NCBI RefSeq assembly: GCF_037042905.1
Contig: NC_087252.1
Span: forward strand, 16,432,001-16,496,000
DNA from: Lytechinus pictus
Taxonomy: Eukaryota
Length of the DNA: 64,000 nucleotides
Direction: 5' to 3'
Positions 49,823 through 64,000 of the stretch are shown here, piece after piece; the stretch's first letter is position 1; each line of letters opens with the position of its first letter. The position numbers were made by a program, and so were the translations under genes. A model generated the notes under the pieces. The model was not told where the DNA came from. It ran no database searches and saw only the letters and a program-made list of their open reading frames with translations.

Positions 49823-52107
49823 TAATCACTGCTGAAAATTTGTCTGGCTTCATGACATCGGCATCATGGTGATATAATTCTGTGTATAATAAAAACTTAA
49901 ACATTCCTCTGAAACAGCAGATTTTCAGCCATGGTCCATACCAGTGCTCCTAAATAATTTGAATTAATTTAATCGCCTGCCTGAGTCCTGACCAGTTTTA
50001 GAAATCTGAAGAAAAAATCTGCTGGAATTGTGCAAAAACATTATTTCTAAAATAAAGACTTTTTAATTTTAATAGTATACGCCAAAATGCATGATTCTAA
50101 ACTTATATCAGATCTGTATCTGTCATCTGACCTGAATGCATCGTCAGAACAAGTACAGTTTCCAAACATGCTTACCTTGACTTTTGACTGGATCGATCAA
50201 ACAGCGTAACCTGCAACATGCATCGGGAGCAAGTGAATGGGACCGTGCAGCTTGGAGTTTTTGAATAGTTAGTAGAGCAACACAACGAAGACTGTCGAGT
50301 GGACAAAATCGATCTTTCCAGTTCACAATTCAATAAAAACCGGGCAAAATAACACAGTTCTGGTTCCCTTATAGTCTGAAGGGCTTATTATAATCACTCG
50401 GGTCGCGTTCGCGTTCGAAATCACTCGGGTTGCGTTCGAAATCACTCGGGTTTTGGATTTTTGGCGATTTTTTTTTTATTTCGATGCGATTTTTTTTCTA
50501 ACGGTGTCTTCAATGGGACAAACACGCTGGGCAAATAAAATGAAATTGAAAATATAGTTTCGTTTTAAGCCAGCAAATGCCTTAAATCAAATGCATCATC
50601 TTAAAGGCGCAAGTGCAATTAAAATGTAATAGAAGTCGCAAGCACGCGCGATGATTCGGAACATGTTATTAAAATGCTGTGGGGAGGTAACGTTTTCAAA
50701 TCAATTTATTACTATCTTCAGAAATTAACTTTTGATAACCAAGAACAAATATAAAAGAAGCGGGGTCCGCTATCACAACGAGGTTGAAGAGAAGTGTCTA
50801 TCATCATAAAGGAGGTAAGAGAGTAGTGCAGTGATGTCCGTCGGTAATACGACCTTTAAAAGTTCACGGCGGCGTCCGCTATCACCACGAGGTTGAAGAG
50901 AATATATCTATCCTCGTAAACATCGTCAGAGATAATACTGCGTCTTTCTCCCTGATTAATGCGACCTCTAAATAGCTAGCACCTCAAAAAAATCTTGAAA
51001 TATGTTCTGAACGATCACGCACTGTAACTAGGTCTACGCCGATATTTTATATCCGATTTTTCCTTCAAAGGGCATGATCGAAGATTGGCAGGTGATCGCG
51101 CCGATTGTGGTAAAATCGGGAGCCGATTTTAAAATCGGTTAATTAGAACAGGTACAATTACGATTTTAAAATTAATTTAAAATCGATTTCCAAAATCAAT
51201 TTTAAAATCGATCTAAGATCAATTTTAGATCAGTTTTAGAATTAGTTTTTAAAAGCCATTCACATTTTTACTGATGCTGACGAAAAGTTAGTTTGGTTGT
51301 CAGAGCATTATTTGTCCTGCGTCTAAATAACTATGTCCGATCGAAGGACCGTTTTAATTTCGGAAAGGTAGGAGAGACAGAGAGAGAGACTGATCCCCGT
51401 TCAGCTCAACGTATACGTTTGGCACGCGAGCACAAAGAAGATCAATTAAGCACATCACCTAATGCAATGTTTCAAGAATTTAGGTAGGGAATTTTTTAGG
51501 TCTTCAGTTACTTAAAACATGATATGGCCATTTTATCTATAAAATAAGACAAATTTTATGAGAAATGGACAATAGTTAAGAGCAGAATTTTAAAACGCCT
51601 ATCGGAAAGATCGTCCTCAAAGCTCATTACGTATTAGACAGCTGGCAGCCGCCTGTTTCGAGTTTTTTAACATTTTTATTTCTCCTCGTACACAGACGGC
51701 TCGCTATGGTGCAACCATCATTACGGGGTTAACAATGCAAAATCCCCCAGACGGCGCTCATCGATTTTTGTCTTTATTTCATAAAAATATATGGAAAGAA
51801 CTGTATCAAATAAATATACTATTCCGTTTTGTCCTAAAATGCACCCAAAAAAGAGAAAATAAACTTAAAAGGGGAAAAACAGTAACTAATTGCTTCGGCT
51901 GTCGCGCAACTTCACTTCCCCGTTTTATTGGAACTTAATGCATAAACATATGGCCATTGAGTCCCTGTACAGATCGAGCTAGAACTTCGGTCTCTGTATT
52001 GGTGAGTGGAGCTAATGGAGTTCAGCGGAACAACGAACATTACAGACTGGAGACCGAAGCTTTTGGTCTAATTACGTATATATGCATTAAACCACGGATG
52101 GCTGGCT

Positions 52108-55100
52108 GGTGACCCGACAATTGCTCCGCCGACATCTGCTCCGCCGACAATTGCTACGCAAAATAAGACAGTTGCTCCGCCGACAATTGCTCCGGACAAT
52201 TGCTCCGCCGACAGTTGCTCCGTCGACACTTGCTCCGCCGATATGTGCTCCGTCGACACTTGCTCCGCCGATATTTGCTCCGCCGATATTTGCTCCGCCG
52301 ACAATTGCTCCGATTATACGACAATTGCTCCGCGACAATTGCTCCGCCGATATTTGCTCCGCCGAAAATTGCTCCGATTATACGACAATTGCTCCGCGAC
52401 AATTGCTCCGCCGATATTTGCTCCGCCGACATCTGCTCCGATTATACGACAATTACATGAACATCTTATTTCTCCAAGTTGGTCTATGTTAAATGATAAG
52501 AAATTCATCCTGATACAAATTGTTTTGTCGTTGTTTTGTTCTTGTTATTCGTTAATGTTTTATTTATTTTATTCTCCCCCTATCATCACAGCTTTCTGCT
52601 TAAAAAACAAAACAAATTGTTCTCCCTGCCGCTGCCACTTGACAAATTGTAACGGAGAAGGGGAATGACACACTCCCCATTGAAATTGTGAATCTGGATT
52701 TTTGTTCATATATTATTATCATTGGTTTCACTCCGGTCTTGAGCGGGGAGAGAATTTGGGGGAGGGGGGTGCTGGACACAATATATCTTCTGCTTTCCAG
52801 CAACTTATACACCATACATTCGCGCGGGCTCTCTCTCTCTCTCTTTCTCGTTTTGTTCTTTCACGTTGTTTATTTTTATTGGTGACCGCTTGATTTATTG
52901 TATATTTATCAGTATTATAATTATTAATATTTGTATCAATAATCTTTATTTACGTCTTCGGCCTTATCTACCCTTGCACTTTTTTTTCCTTCAATATGTT
53001 TCAAACGAAAGTATGATCATCACTGGCATACAGATGGGGGAGGGGCGTGCTAGGGGTCACGGATCCCCCCATTCTCCCTACCAATGAAAAAAAAAGAATA
53101 AAGGAAAGGAAAATAAATGTCATCCTTGTCTCGCCCCCTCCATTTTTTGTTGTTGGCTCATTACGCTACTGGTGAGTTACTATAAAACTAGACTTCGGTT
53201 GTATTTTTGTTCTATTCTGTGCAAAGCGACAATATAAATATATTATAATAAATGAATATATGTATGTATCTCTCTCATTACGTCTAAACAAATAATGTTA
53301 TTTTTAAAAGACAATAATATATATACCAGCAATAATATAGTTACAAATTCATGAAACCCAATACGCATCTCACTGAATTTATAATGCGAGCACAAAGCAC
53401 GAGCTGTTATTGACATGGAAAGGGGACATTTATACGCCTTTTTTAAATTGTAAACATGAAGCATATCTCGGGGGGGGGGGGGATATCTCGTAAAAGAAAT
53501 GAGAGCACGATGCGTTAATTTAATATTTTGGATATATTTACCAGAGTTACAATTCTATATATTTCTTTTTCTTTGTGTTATTTATTTCGACAAACTGTAA
53601 TTGAAGTATTGAAGAGTATATAGGCTGTTATGCCTGCTGATCATGATAGAATGTGGATTATTTTGCTGATTCATTAGATCTTAACTTGTGTTCTTTAAAT
53701 TGGGTAATTTGGGTACATGTTAGAAACACAGGCATTGTGCATTCAGATGCACATTGTGGAAATGAGATTCAGTATTCCTTGCAGCTAAGAAAGGTTTTGA
53801 AAATGACACTACTCTCAATTACATGTATACTGTGTCCACAGTTGCGAGTGTGTGAAAATGAAGGTGTTTGCAGTCATTAAAGTGTAGTTTTGGTTGGAAA
53901 ACGTTAATAAAACTGTCGAGAACGTACAGTCTTCATGATTTCAGTTATCTCATGTTCTGATCAGTTAATCAAATAAAAAATTATAATGACAAGAACTTGT
54001 TAAGTTTATCCTTCTATTTCAATCCCATGATAAACAGAAATCGCGATATTCAGAAATAATAAGTCATACACCTCCTTTTTTCCTCAAGCTCTCACTCACT
54101 CCCCCTCTTTCTCTCTCTCTCTATCTCTTTCCCTCCATAACCCTTTTCACAATCATTTTTGTTTGATTTCCGCATAAGCAAAACGATGACGACAATGATA
54201 ATGATGGTGATGATGAAGATGCTGATAATGATGCTGATGATGATAATGGTGGTACAATGATAATGATAATAAGTACATGAACACACGTTTTCTTCTCATA
54301 TATAGTTCATTCTTGGAAAATACATAGGCGGCCATATACACATAAAGGTATATCATTTATAGAAGAAAATCTTCATTGATTTTTTTTATTTTTTGAAACT
54401 ACGTGTAAAATTATATCCCCCATCAACAACAAATTGTTACTTATATTATAACATAATGAATATAATTCGACTATTGGCGGACCATATTTAGATTTAGATT
54501 AAGATTTATTCATTTTCCGTTCACAAAGCACAACAAAATCAAAGTAACAATACATAGTCAAATTTAAAGTACAATATCAATCGGTATAATGCATAAGAAT
54601 TAGAACGTATAAACAATGAGAACTAATGCGAACTAAAATAACCTTGACTAATAACTATATAAAACAGAACATATGGATTTTATTTTTGGATTATTAAAAA
54701 AAAATTTATTATCCTTTTTCTATCAGTGAAGAAAACAATCATGATCAACATAAAACAAAAAAGCAACTCACTATTATATACAGTATTATCATAATCTAAA
54801 AACCTACGGTGTGTATGACATGATGTGGATGTGGAGACCAGACTGAGAGCACTGTGTACGAGAGGATATGGAAACCAGAGTGGAGGGCTGTGCCGAGAAG
54901 GTGACACGACATGTAGCCTTTCACAAGTTGGTATTTTCTTGAATATTAATTTTTACTTACTGAATGTCTTGGTCATGTTTGTATGGCACAAAATTTGCCG
55001 ACAGTAAACATTTTGCGTGACTACAGTACAGGTTTTTGACAAAATAAGGTGGGGTATACCGTTGGATTTCACCTGGAGCAAATGTCTCCACTTCGGAGCA

Positions 55101-57459
55101 TATTTCGCCAGTCTGAGCGATTTTGACGCTAAGAATGGGGTATGTCTAATTTGTTTCTACTGTTATAACATGGAGCTATATGGTCATAATAATTACATGA
55201 AAACGCGTTTTTTTTTTCATTTTAATCGCCAGGCACGTAATAAAACTTACACAAATAATCCCCCCCCCCCCAACCGCGTAGCCAGGATTTTATTTTGGAG
55301 GGGACGGTACATGCACGCGAAGCGTGCCAACGCTTTCGGTGTTTCATGAATTAAAATGAAAAGGAGCCGTCTCTCTTGTCTCTAGTACCTATATCAGCTA
55401 GCTCCAATTCAGTTGACTATATTTTGATTTTGAACCTTTTTTTCAAAAGTGATTGTGAACGCACAAAAAAGGGATAAAATGGAAGAAATTAAAATAATAA
55501 TTACCCCGCGCGAGGCGCGGAAGCTAAAGCATTTTATCAAGTTTTTTTTCAAATAAAAAAGGGTCCCAAGATAAGGGTTCTCTAAGTTAAAATGAATGCG
55601 TCCCTTAGAAAGATCAGATTTGATTACAAACAATTATATCTTTAACTCGCAAAACAGAGGAGGAGAAGGGTATATGCCGGGAGGAAAATAATCCTCCCCG
55701 CCCTGAGCAATGAAACTGAAATTTCAAAGGGCGGACGTTTCATCAAATGCAGATATCTCTAATACCTCATCGGCTCTAATTCAATTGATTTTCTAAGATT
55801 ATTGAACTTCATTACGAGGAAAATAGTGCGCAAAAAGTTGAAACTTCTGTGATTTATTTAAATTATATAAAAAAAGATGATTTCTTTGACTATTGTCCTG
55901 AAGCGCTTCATTTTGAATGATAAAGAAACTTAGGTGTCATTAAAAATTTCAAACTGAGGGCGCAAAACAGGACAGGAGATGAATGTGCAGGGAAATGAAG
56001 TTTAATAGAATTTGATAAAAAAATATTGTACTTTTTTTTATTTAATACGACACGAATTGTATACTTTCCTCTTTTTAAATAGGTACCTGTTTGCCCCCAA
56101 ATTATGGTTGTTTAGTAATGAGCTGAAAAGCGGGAGAAGTTGCCTATATGGAGGTGACGGCAGAAATTGATATAAAGATTTTACCCGCCCGGAGTCGACC
56201 CCACCAGAAGTTGCCCGATCAATAAAAAAAAAGATTACTTCATATACTTCAGACTAACCTTACTCTAATTCCATGGAGCTATAAAACATGTCTAATTCCA
56301 CGCCCTAATGTATACATTTGAACTTTAACTGGCAAAAAACACACATAGCTGAGGTGTAAAAACAGGGTTAGAGAAAGGGTGAGGGGATACAAAGGAGAAC
56401 TGCAATATTGTCATCTAACCGCGCGCAGCGCGGAAGCAAAATTCATATAAATTTAGAGCAAGAGTGAAAGAGTTTCTCTTTTGAGAAAAAATAAAGAATA
56501 AAAAGAAAAACCCACAAAGCTACCTTTCTTCCCTTTCCTCCCTTCGCTTTTCCTTTTCTCCTCTCTTTTTTCCCTTCTTTTTTTTCTTTTTGGGGACGTT
56601 TTTTTTTTTTTTTTTTTTTTTTTTTTTGGGGGGGGGGGGGCGACCGCCCTCCCTGGCTACGCGCCTGCCCCCCCACCATGAATAAGCATTAAGAATATCT
56701 ATCCCTCCTTTGTGCTTACCCCTTTTTTTATATTTCTTTCTATATGCATGTATCAGGGGCCGCGGAGCCGGGGGCTTTAGCCCCCCAATTTTCCAAAGCC
56801 GTGTACAAAAAACGTAAGAATGACCATATGATTGTGATTTTTAGCATGGACAGCCCCCACTTTTGACTCAGCCCTCACTTTGAAAACCGTTCCGCGGCCC
56901 CTGTGTATGACATTTAATATATCATGCAAGCATAGTTTAAGTTTACTTTGTAGATTCATGGAGCTATGCTCCATGGTAAATTGACGCCTTCAGCCTGTGC
57001 TAAAATTGTTATGCGTATGAAAGTACCAATAAAAAAAAAAAATAATAAATTATTGTCGCATTATCGGAGCAATTTACGGCGGAGCAGATGTCGGCGGAGC
57101 AATTATCGGCGGAGTAATTGTCGTATAATCGGAGCAATTTTCGGCGGAGCAAATATCGGCGGAGCAATTGTCGTATAATCGGAGCAGATGTCGGCGGAGC
57201 AATTATCGGCGGAGCAATTGTCGGCGGAGCAATTTACGGCGGAGAAGATGTCGGCGGAGCAGATGTCGGCGGAGCAAATATCGGCGGAGCAAATATCGGC
57301 GGAGCAAGTGTCGACGGAGCACATATCGGCGGAGCAAGTGTCGACGGAGCAACTGTCGGCGGAGCAACTGTCCGGAGCAATTGTCGGCGGAGCAGTTGTC
57401 GTATTTTGCGTAGCAATTGTCGGCGGAGCAAATGTCGGCGGAGCAATTGTCATGGAACC
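52108..57459. mobile_element. Foldback-type non-autonomous transposon with 20-bp subterminal arrays and 8-bp TSD
   Basis: TSD GGCTGGCT at 52100-52107 and 57460-57467; GG...CC termini. (TGCTCCGCCGACAAT-like)n at 52115-52455, inverted at 57055-57452. Confidence 0.9.
55272..56390 (+). repeat. Dispersed ~1.1-kb repeat, copy 2 (copy 1 at 9591-10660)
   Basis: Collinear similarity with 9591-10660, with indels. Confidence 0.85.
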
Positions 57460-57776
57460 GGCTGGCTATGCATACCGCTGAATAAAATACTTTCGGACGA
57501 GCTGCAGACTGGCACTGTAACGTGGGATCTAACTCGGCTGGACTCACGTTACCTTGCTCCATGCTACCGATGCACGCCGTGTCCGACCGTGGCCGGGTCC
57601 CGCCTTGGGGCCATTGCATGCAGGCATACATGTCCGTACATGGGAATGACGATGTAATATCGATGTGGCAGATATGGCAAGTTCCGACTCGGAGTCCTCG
57701 TATAAAAACAGTAGAAGTCTGGATGTATTCTAGGATAGTTGAGCCACATGGCTGATTTGCTTGTTTGTTATGTTAA

Positions 57777-58711
57777 GGACGTTCCACAGTTAAAGTGAAA
57801 TCCATGTCATTTTCACCAAACTTTGCACATAGATACTTTAGAACCTTAATATTCGAAATATGTAAAAATTAACATAGGTCCATGTGCTTGATTTTTTGCT
57901 ATAGAGCTTCAAAGTTCACCTAAATTGATGTTCTTAAAAATTGCGCATTCAAAAGAATTTGGCATTTTTAGACCGCCCAAGATTACTACAATGAGTTTAA
58001 ACCTTTATTACTCAGTCAAAATACATGAAAAAGTCATCAAATTTCGCAAGAGAGTTAATAATTGTACCGTTAGAATGGAGAATTTATCTATAGTGCTATT
58101 TGTTTGCAATTTTAAGTTTAACAGCACTGCCAGTTCTTAAAAATGGCGTAAAAGATAACAAAATCCCAATCTAAAAAATGTGAAATTTCAGTAACAAACT
58201 ACAAACGTACAATAAATGCTGCACTTTATTCAAAATCCATGTCATTTTCACCAAAATTTGCAGAGTTGTAAAGGAAGGTATACCTAAGTGGTACACACAT
58301 TAAAAAATAGGGGTTCATGTGCTTGTTTTTAAACTATCAGCATTTTTATTAGAGCAAATGTGCTTTTTAAAACACAAAAAATGCGCCGAATACTTTGTAT
58401 CTATGTGAAGAAAAAATCAAAACCACTCTACCATTTATTCAAACTCGGGGTAATATTCGTGATTCTTGGCAGCACTGCAGAGTAAAGTATTTTGAAATTG
58501 TAGAGAATTTTTGTTTAATCGTCCATGGAATAATTCCACTTTTTAGCTTCATGAAATAACACATCGGATCTGCAGTTAAAGTGCAGAAGATGAGAAAAAT
58601 CAGCTCCTACCCGCAGCTAATTAATCACCTGTTCATCCATTGTGACGTCAGCGCGCAGAGTGTAAACTATGCGCAGATCATAATGCGCATAAACATAACT
58701 GTGGAACGTCC
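57777..58711. mobile_element. Kolobok-type MITE (TTAA TSD, GG termini)
   Basis: TTAA|GGACGTTCCACAGTTA ... TAACTGTGGAACGTCC|TTAA; perfect 16-bp TIR. Confidence 0.88.
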
Positions 58712-59859
58712 TTAAGCAGTAGGCGAGTGCCTTTTATTTAAGGCACTTGCCGGCTTAAAACGAAACTAGAATTTGAATTTTATTTTATTTTCCCAGCGTG
58801 TTTGTCCCATTGAAGACACCGTTAGAAAAAAAAATCGCATCAAAATAAAACGCCAAAAATCCAAAACCCGAGTGATTTCGAACGCGACCCGAGTGATTTA
58901 GAACGCGAACGCGACCCGAGTGATTATAACAAGCCTAATCAACTGTGCAAATCGACAGGAATTTGAGGTCTTCAGCGTGTATCTTCTAAATGGGATTGCA
59001 TTAAAAGTCTATCCTGTGTAGAATCTTATGCTGATTCCAAATATATTAGTCTCAATGAACTACCAATAATCGGTGAAGAGTGTTGATAAATGTGATGAAA
59101 TCCTTTACATCGAGTATTCATAACGTTGTTTGACCATGCACTGTGGTCATTTTCATGATTTTAGCCACCTTGACCACAATGTAGCTATAAATGGAAACTT
59201 CACATATATGGGGAGGCAAATTCAGGAATGAGACATTTTAGCATAATTCAATGTTAGGACATATTTCTAAACTTTATGAAGTAGATAAATTCCTTTATGA
59301 GCTAGTGCTCATTTTGGTCACTTTTGGTCCCAACAATGACCAATAACATTTGAATGCATCAAATCGGATTCAAATGTTGTTGTCGCTCTTTATTGATAAT
59401 AAGATGTATTATAATCAATCATAATAAGTGACAAAATACTTATTGATTTCAATATAACATTACTAATAGTAAATAACCGCAGTGCGTGGTCAAACAACCT
59501 TATGTATACTCGATGTAAAGGATTTCATCACATTTATCAACACTCTTCACCGATTATTGGTAGTTCATGCTGATAATGACACTGACCAACATTTAAGCAT
59601 TTTTTTTCATCAAAGTATGAGTGGTCACTGGTCACTGAGTAAAAAGTGGTCAAAAGGACCACAGGGTCCAATAGTTAGGCCAATAACACTGGACTATATG
59701 AAATCATTGTATTGATTTTCACCCAAAAGCTTTCAAACTTTCTCCATTTAACAATAACTGATGCTAATATTAACGCAATCCTGAATCCATCCTCATCATG
59801 TTCGCTATAGGGTGAATTAACATACACATTGGGCAGGGGTCAAACCCGGGGTCAAGGTG

Positions 59860-61830
59860 GACAAAATGACCAAGGTAGTAAAAATACTTTGGGGATGCTC
59901 AATTTCAAGGGTTCATACACCAGTGTTATGTGTCACAGCATACCCTTGTAATGATTCTGGTAACATTCGAAGTATTATTGGATAAATTATGTTATTAGTC
60001 ATTTTGGGGCCAAAAAGAAGCCAAAATAACCAAAAGATTTTAAATACGGTCAATAAGACTGATTTATTTTTAATAACCATAAGATTCTACACAAGATAGA
60101 CCTTAAATGCATTCCCATATTATAAGGGAAAAAAATAATACACACTTAAGACCTCAAATTCCTGCCTATTTGAACAGTTTATTATGCAAAACTGCGCGAA
60201 TGGTCAGTAATGTCTAAAGTCCTCAAAATGACCCTCATAGTTCAAAACTGATGGGATAAGAGGTCAAAATACTCAGCTTTTGAGATGTTCAATTCAAAGA
60301 ATTAATACACCAATATTTGGTGTCACAGCACACCCTTCTAACGATTCTGGTAACATTCGAAGTATTTTTGGATAAATTAAACTGATGTTCATTTTGAGGA
60401 CCATAAGTGGCCAAAATCACCATAAGCTGTTAAATAGGGTCATTTACAGTGATACATTTGGAATCAGCATAAAATTCTACACAAAATGGACCTTTGAATG
60501 CATTCCCATTTAATAAGGGAAGAAGATAAAACACGCTGGAGACCTTAAGTTCTTACGTATTTGCACAGTACATGAATGTAAAACTGTGCGACTGGTCAGT
60601 TATGTCTAAAGTGCCCAAAATGGCCCTCATAGGTCAAAACTGATGGAATAAGTTACATGAGGTCAAAATACTCTCATGATGTTCAATTTAAAGATATAAT
60701 AAACCAATGCTTGGTGTCACAGCACACCCTTGTAACGATTCTGGTAACATTCGACATATATTTTGATAAATTGAACTGATGTTATTGGTCATTTTGAGGG
60801 CCATAAGTGGCCAAAATGACCATAATCTTTTGAATAGGGTCATTAAGAGTGATATATTTGGAATCAGCATAAAATTATACACAGGATAGACTTTTAAATG
60901 CAATCCCATTTAGAAGATACATGCTGAAGACCTCAAATTCCTGTCGATTTGCACAGTTTATTATGCAGACTTGCGCGAATGGTCAGTTATGTCTAAAGTA
61001 CCCAAAATGACCTTCATAGGTCAAAACTGATGGAATAAGTAACATGAAGTCAAAATAATTTTGAGATGTTCAATTTAAGGATTAATACACCAATGTTAAG
61101 TGTCACAGCACACCCTTGTAACGATTCTGGTAACATTCGAAGTATTTTTGGATAAATTTAATTTGTATTATTGGTCATTTTGAGGGACATAAATGAGCAA
61201 AATGACCACAAGCTTTTAAATAGGGTCATTGAGACTAATATATTTGGAATCAGCATAACATTCTACACAGGATAGACTTTTAAATGCAATCCCATTTAGA
61301 AGATACATGCTGAAGACCTCAAATTCCTGTCGATTTGCACAGTTTATTATGCAGACTTGCGCGAATGGTCAGTTATGTCTAAAGTACCCAAAATGACCTT
61401 CATAGGTCAAAACTGATGGAATAAGTAACATGAAGTCAAAATAATTTTGAGATGTTCAATTTAAGGATTAATACACCAATGTTAAGTGTCACAGCACACC
61501 CTTGTAACGATTCTGGTAACATTCGAAGTATTTTTGGATAAATTTAACTTGTATTATTGGTCATTTTGAGGGACATAAATGACCAAAATGACCACAAGCT
61601 TTTAAATAGGATCATTAGGACTGATATATTTGGAATCAGCATAAAATTCTTCACAGGATAGACCTTTAAATGCATTACCATTAAGAAGATACATGCTGAA
61701 GACCTCAAATTGCTATCGATTTGCACAGTTTATAATGCATAACTGCGCGAATGGTCAGTTTATGTCTGAAGTACCCAAAATGACCGTCATAGGGCAAAAC
61801 TGACAGAATAAATTATATGAGGTTGATTGT
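59860..61830 (+). repeat. ~386-bp tandem satellite-like array (~5 units)
   Basis: GTCACAGCACACCCTTGTAACGATTCTGGTAACATTCG recurs at ~59932, 60321, 60716, 61102 and 61488. An inverted partial unit lies at ~58940-59055. Confidence 0.9.
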
Positions 61831-64000
61831 TATGATCCAGCGCACATTTTAAAAATAAATGTGGATTTCTAAAGACATCCAATCTTTGTTCTGATCAATG
61901 TTTGTAACACATTTCGGACAAGAAAATCATGAAAATTGTCATTTTTGGTCAAAACATGGCCAAAATGACCACTTCTAGTATGATTTGGAAAATGAAACCA
62001 CTTTATTTGGAATTTGGGTGCATTTTTGCTCAGGATAGACCCTTTTAATTGGATGTGGTTACAAAAGCATTCTGTTAAGGGACCATTTTCCAAAGAGTGG
62101 TCAAATTGGTCATTTTTGGTCAATAATTGGCCAAAATGGCAAAATGTCGTGAGTACGGTCAATAAGACTGACATTTTTTGAATCAGCACACAATTTCACC
62201 CCGGATAAGCCTGTCAAACCTTCCCCACCAAAAATTCTGAATAAAGCCCCCTATCTCCTAGACTAATATGGGCATAACTCCTTAATTTCCCCATGGATTT
62301 ATGTCGATGTAACCGTCATCACAATAACTCGTGAGTCATAAAATTACTTTTTATTGATAATATTTAAAAATGATTTACGCATTGGTCCAGTTAATTGATG
62401 AATCTATAAGTTATATGATATAGATTTCCAATGTTGGCAACCATCAGATCATTTTAATTACTTTCTTAAGTGCAAATCAATGTAGAAAAGTTTGTTGACA
62501 GCAAAATTTGCATATCAAAAACGCGCATGCAGTTGTACAATTTTGTAATGTACAGGAGGCCTAATGGGGGAAATTATGTTTACAGTATTGCCTTGCAAAT
62601 AACATGATAAACAAATTACAATGCGTGTTTAACGCAACATAAAAGAGTTTCTCTTTGATTTTCTGGAAAATCTAGATTTGACCCCCCCCCCCCCCCCCGG
62701 CTGAAATAATATACTGATCGGCTGAAATACTCTGTTGACATATCGCTGGTGTTTAATCCTTTGATTTGACAAATTATGTGAACAAATCAAGGATCGAATA
62801 ATAATTAAGGTATGGAAGAAGGAGGAGAGGAGAAGAAACAGAGCGGGAGTGAGTTATAATTATAATTTGTACTATACTACAAAGAATATTATTACTACAA
62901 CTGAGTGTATAAAACCAATTGATAACAAATATCCTGAGATACATCTATTGCAATATTAATAAAACTTAAAATAAAAAAGTTTTGCAAAATTGTGAGTACA
63001 AAAACCAAAAACATATTAAGCAATAATAGGCCTATTGTAAAACTGACAAATACTTGGAATAAGATAATACAATTATTGTTGGCTGTTGAGTGATCCTAAT
63101 TTTAACCTCAAGTGATACCTGTCAGGGAGGGGTCCAGTCGAGCCCCCTGTACTTGTATACTTTTATTTTGATTGTGAATTTTCTTCCGGGTGCGTATGTC
63201 ACTTTAATTACACCCCACCCCCTAAAAAGCGAATAAAATAAACCGATTCTAACTTAAATAGAAGGGTATTAAAAGCAACAATTTTTGAACAATTTCATTT
63301 TCGGTGCGATATAGGCCTGCAGATTTAGGGAATTTATCATGTTCCTATGAGAAAAAAAATTAACAAGTGCACTGAAAACCCAATATTGTTTTACCATTGA
63401 TGGTGTAACGGGAGGCTCACCATGATGTAAAATTAATAAGATGCCCTTTAAATACTCTATACTTGCTAATAAAATAGTAATCAAAGATCAAAACACTTAT
63501 ACAAATTATTGTACATTTAAAACAAACTTGTATATACTTCATACAAATTAATGCAAGTTTCATGCATGCAGTTGGTCATTTATGCTCAATTTTTGTAGGC
63601 CTACTGGTTTTTTTACGATATAAGAATATTCATCTGTAAAATTGTAGGGCCTATCCGATATATATTACTTTGTATTATGTTTGAATGAAAAAAAAAATGA
63701 ATTGAGGTGAAGTGAAACGAATAGAGTTGAAATGAATTAAATTTACAAAATTATATCCATCATAAGAAAATTGGTCATGAGAACACGGAATCATGTGGAC
63801 GAAGGAATGTGCCAAAGGATGATGTATCATTAAAGCCAAAGATAGGGAAGTCCGGAGAAGATGGGCTCACTGGCGTAAATCCCGGGGGGATGGGGGGATA
63901 TACCCCCCCCCCCCCCACTTTTCGAGGAGGGGGGATGGCCTGTACAAACATCCCCCCCCCCCACTTTTTACGAAAGAAATGAAAAAAAAATCACAAGAGA

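Larger units (their letters stand above)
50381..58936. repeat. Pair of ~210-bp inverted repeats 8.5 kb apart (possible large element)
   Basis: 50381-50595 (GGCTTATTATAATCACTCGGGTCGCGTTCG...) vs 58728-58936 reverse complement. No TSD match. Confidence 0.7.

Noticed and set aside
52068..57657. Protamine-like (RRSNC)n, (SAEQ)n and (IGGA)n ORFs
   Set aside because: Artefacts of the mirrored TE repeat arrays bounded by an 8-bp TSD.

Overview
AT-rich, repeat-dense eukaryotic genomic DNA with spliceosomal introns. It looks like an invertebrate deuterostome such as a sea urchin, but that is inference. Two coding systems can be reconstructed by hand. (1) A 3-exon HINT-family gene (654-12294, +, 143 aa) has an intact ORF, but its histidine triad reads YLKFH instead of HxHxH, with Lys at the catalytic His position. 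(2) A ~29.7 kb Kolobok-type DNA transposon (17135-46875) has TTAA target duplications and 22-bp imperfect TIRs, and carries two convergent intron-containing genes. One is a 10-exon, ~828-aa THAP + Zn-finger + DDE transposase (+). The other is a 3-exon KolX-like gene (-) resembling the Zn/GDP-binding 'ballast' domain of P2X7. This copy appears inactivated: one probable donor mutation in the transposase, and a frameshift plus a MITE in KolX. It is inflated by nested non-autonomous elements. The rest of the window is a mosaic of MITEs and foldback elements with readable TIRs and TSDs, tandem repeats and palindromes. Most ORFs in the provided track are repeat artefacts.
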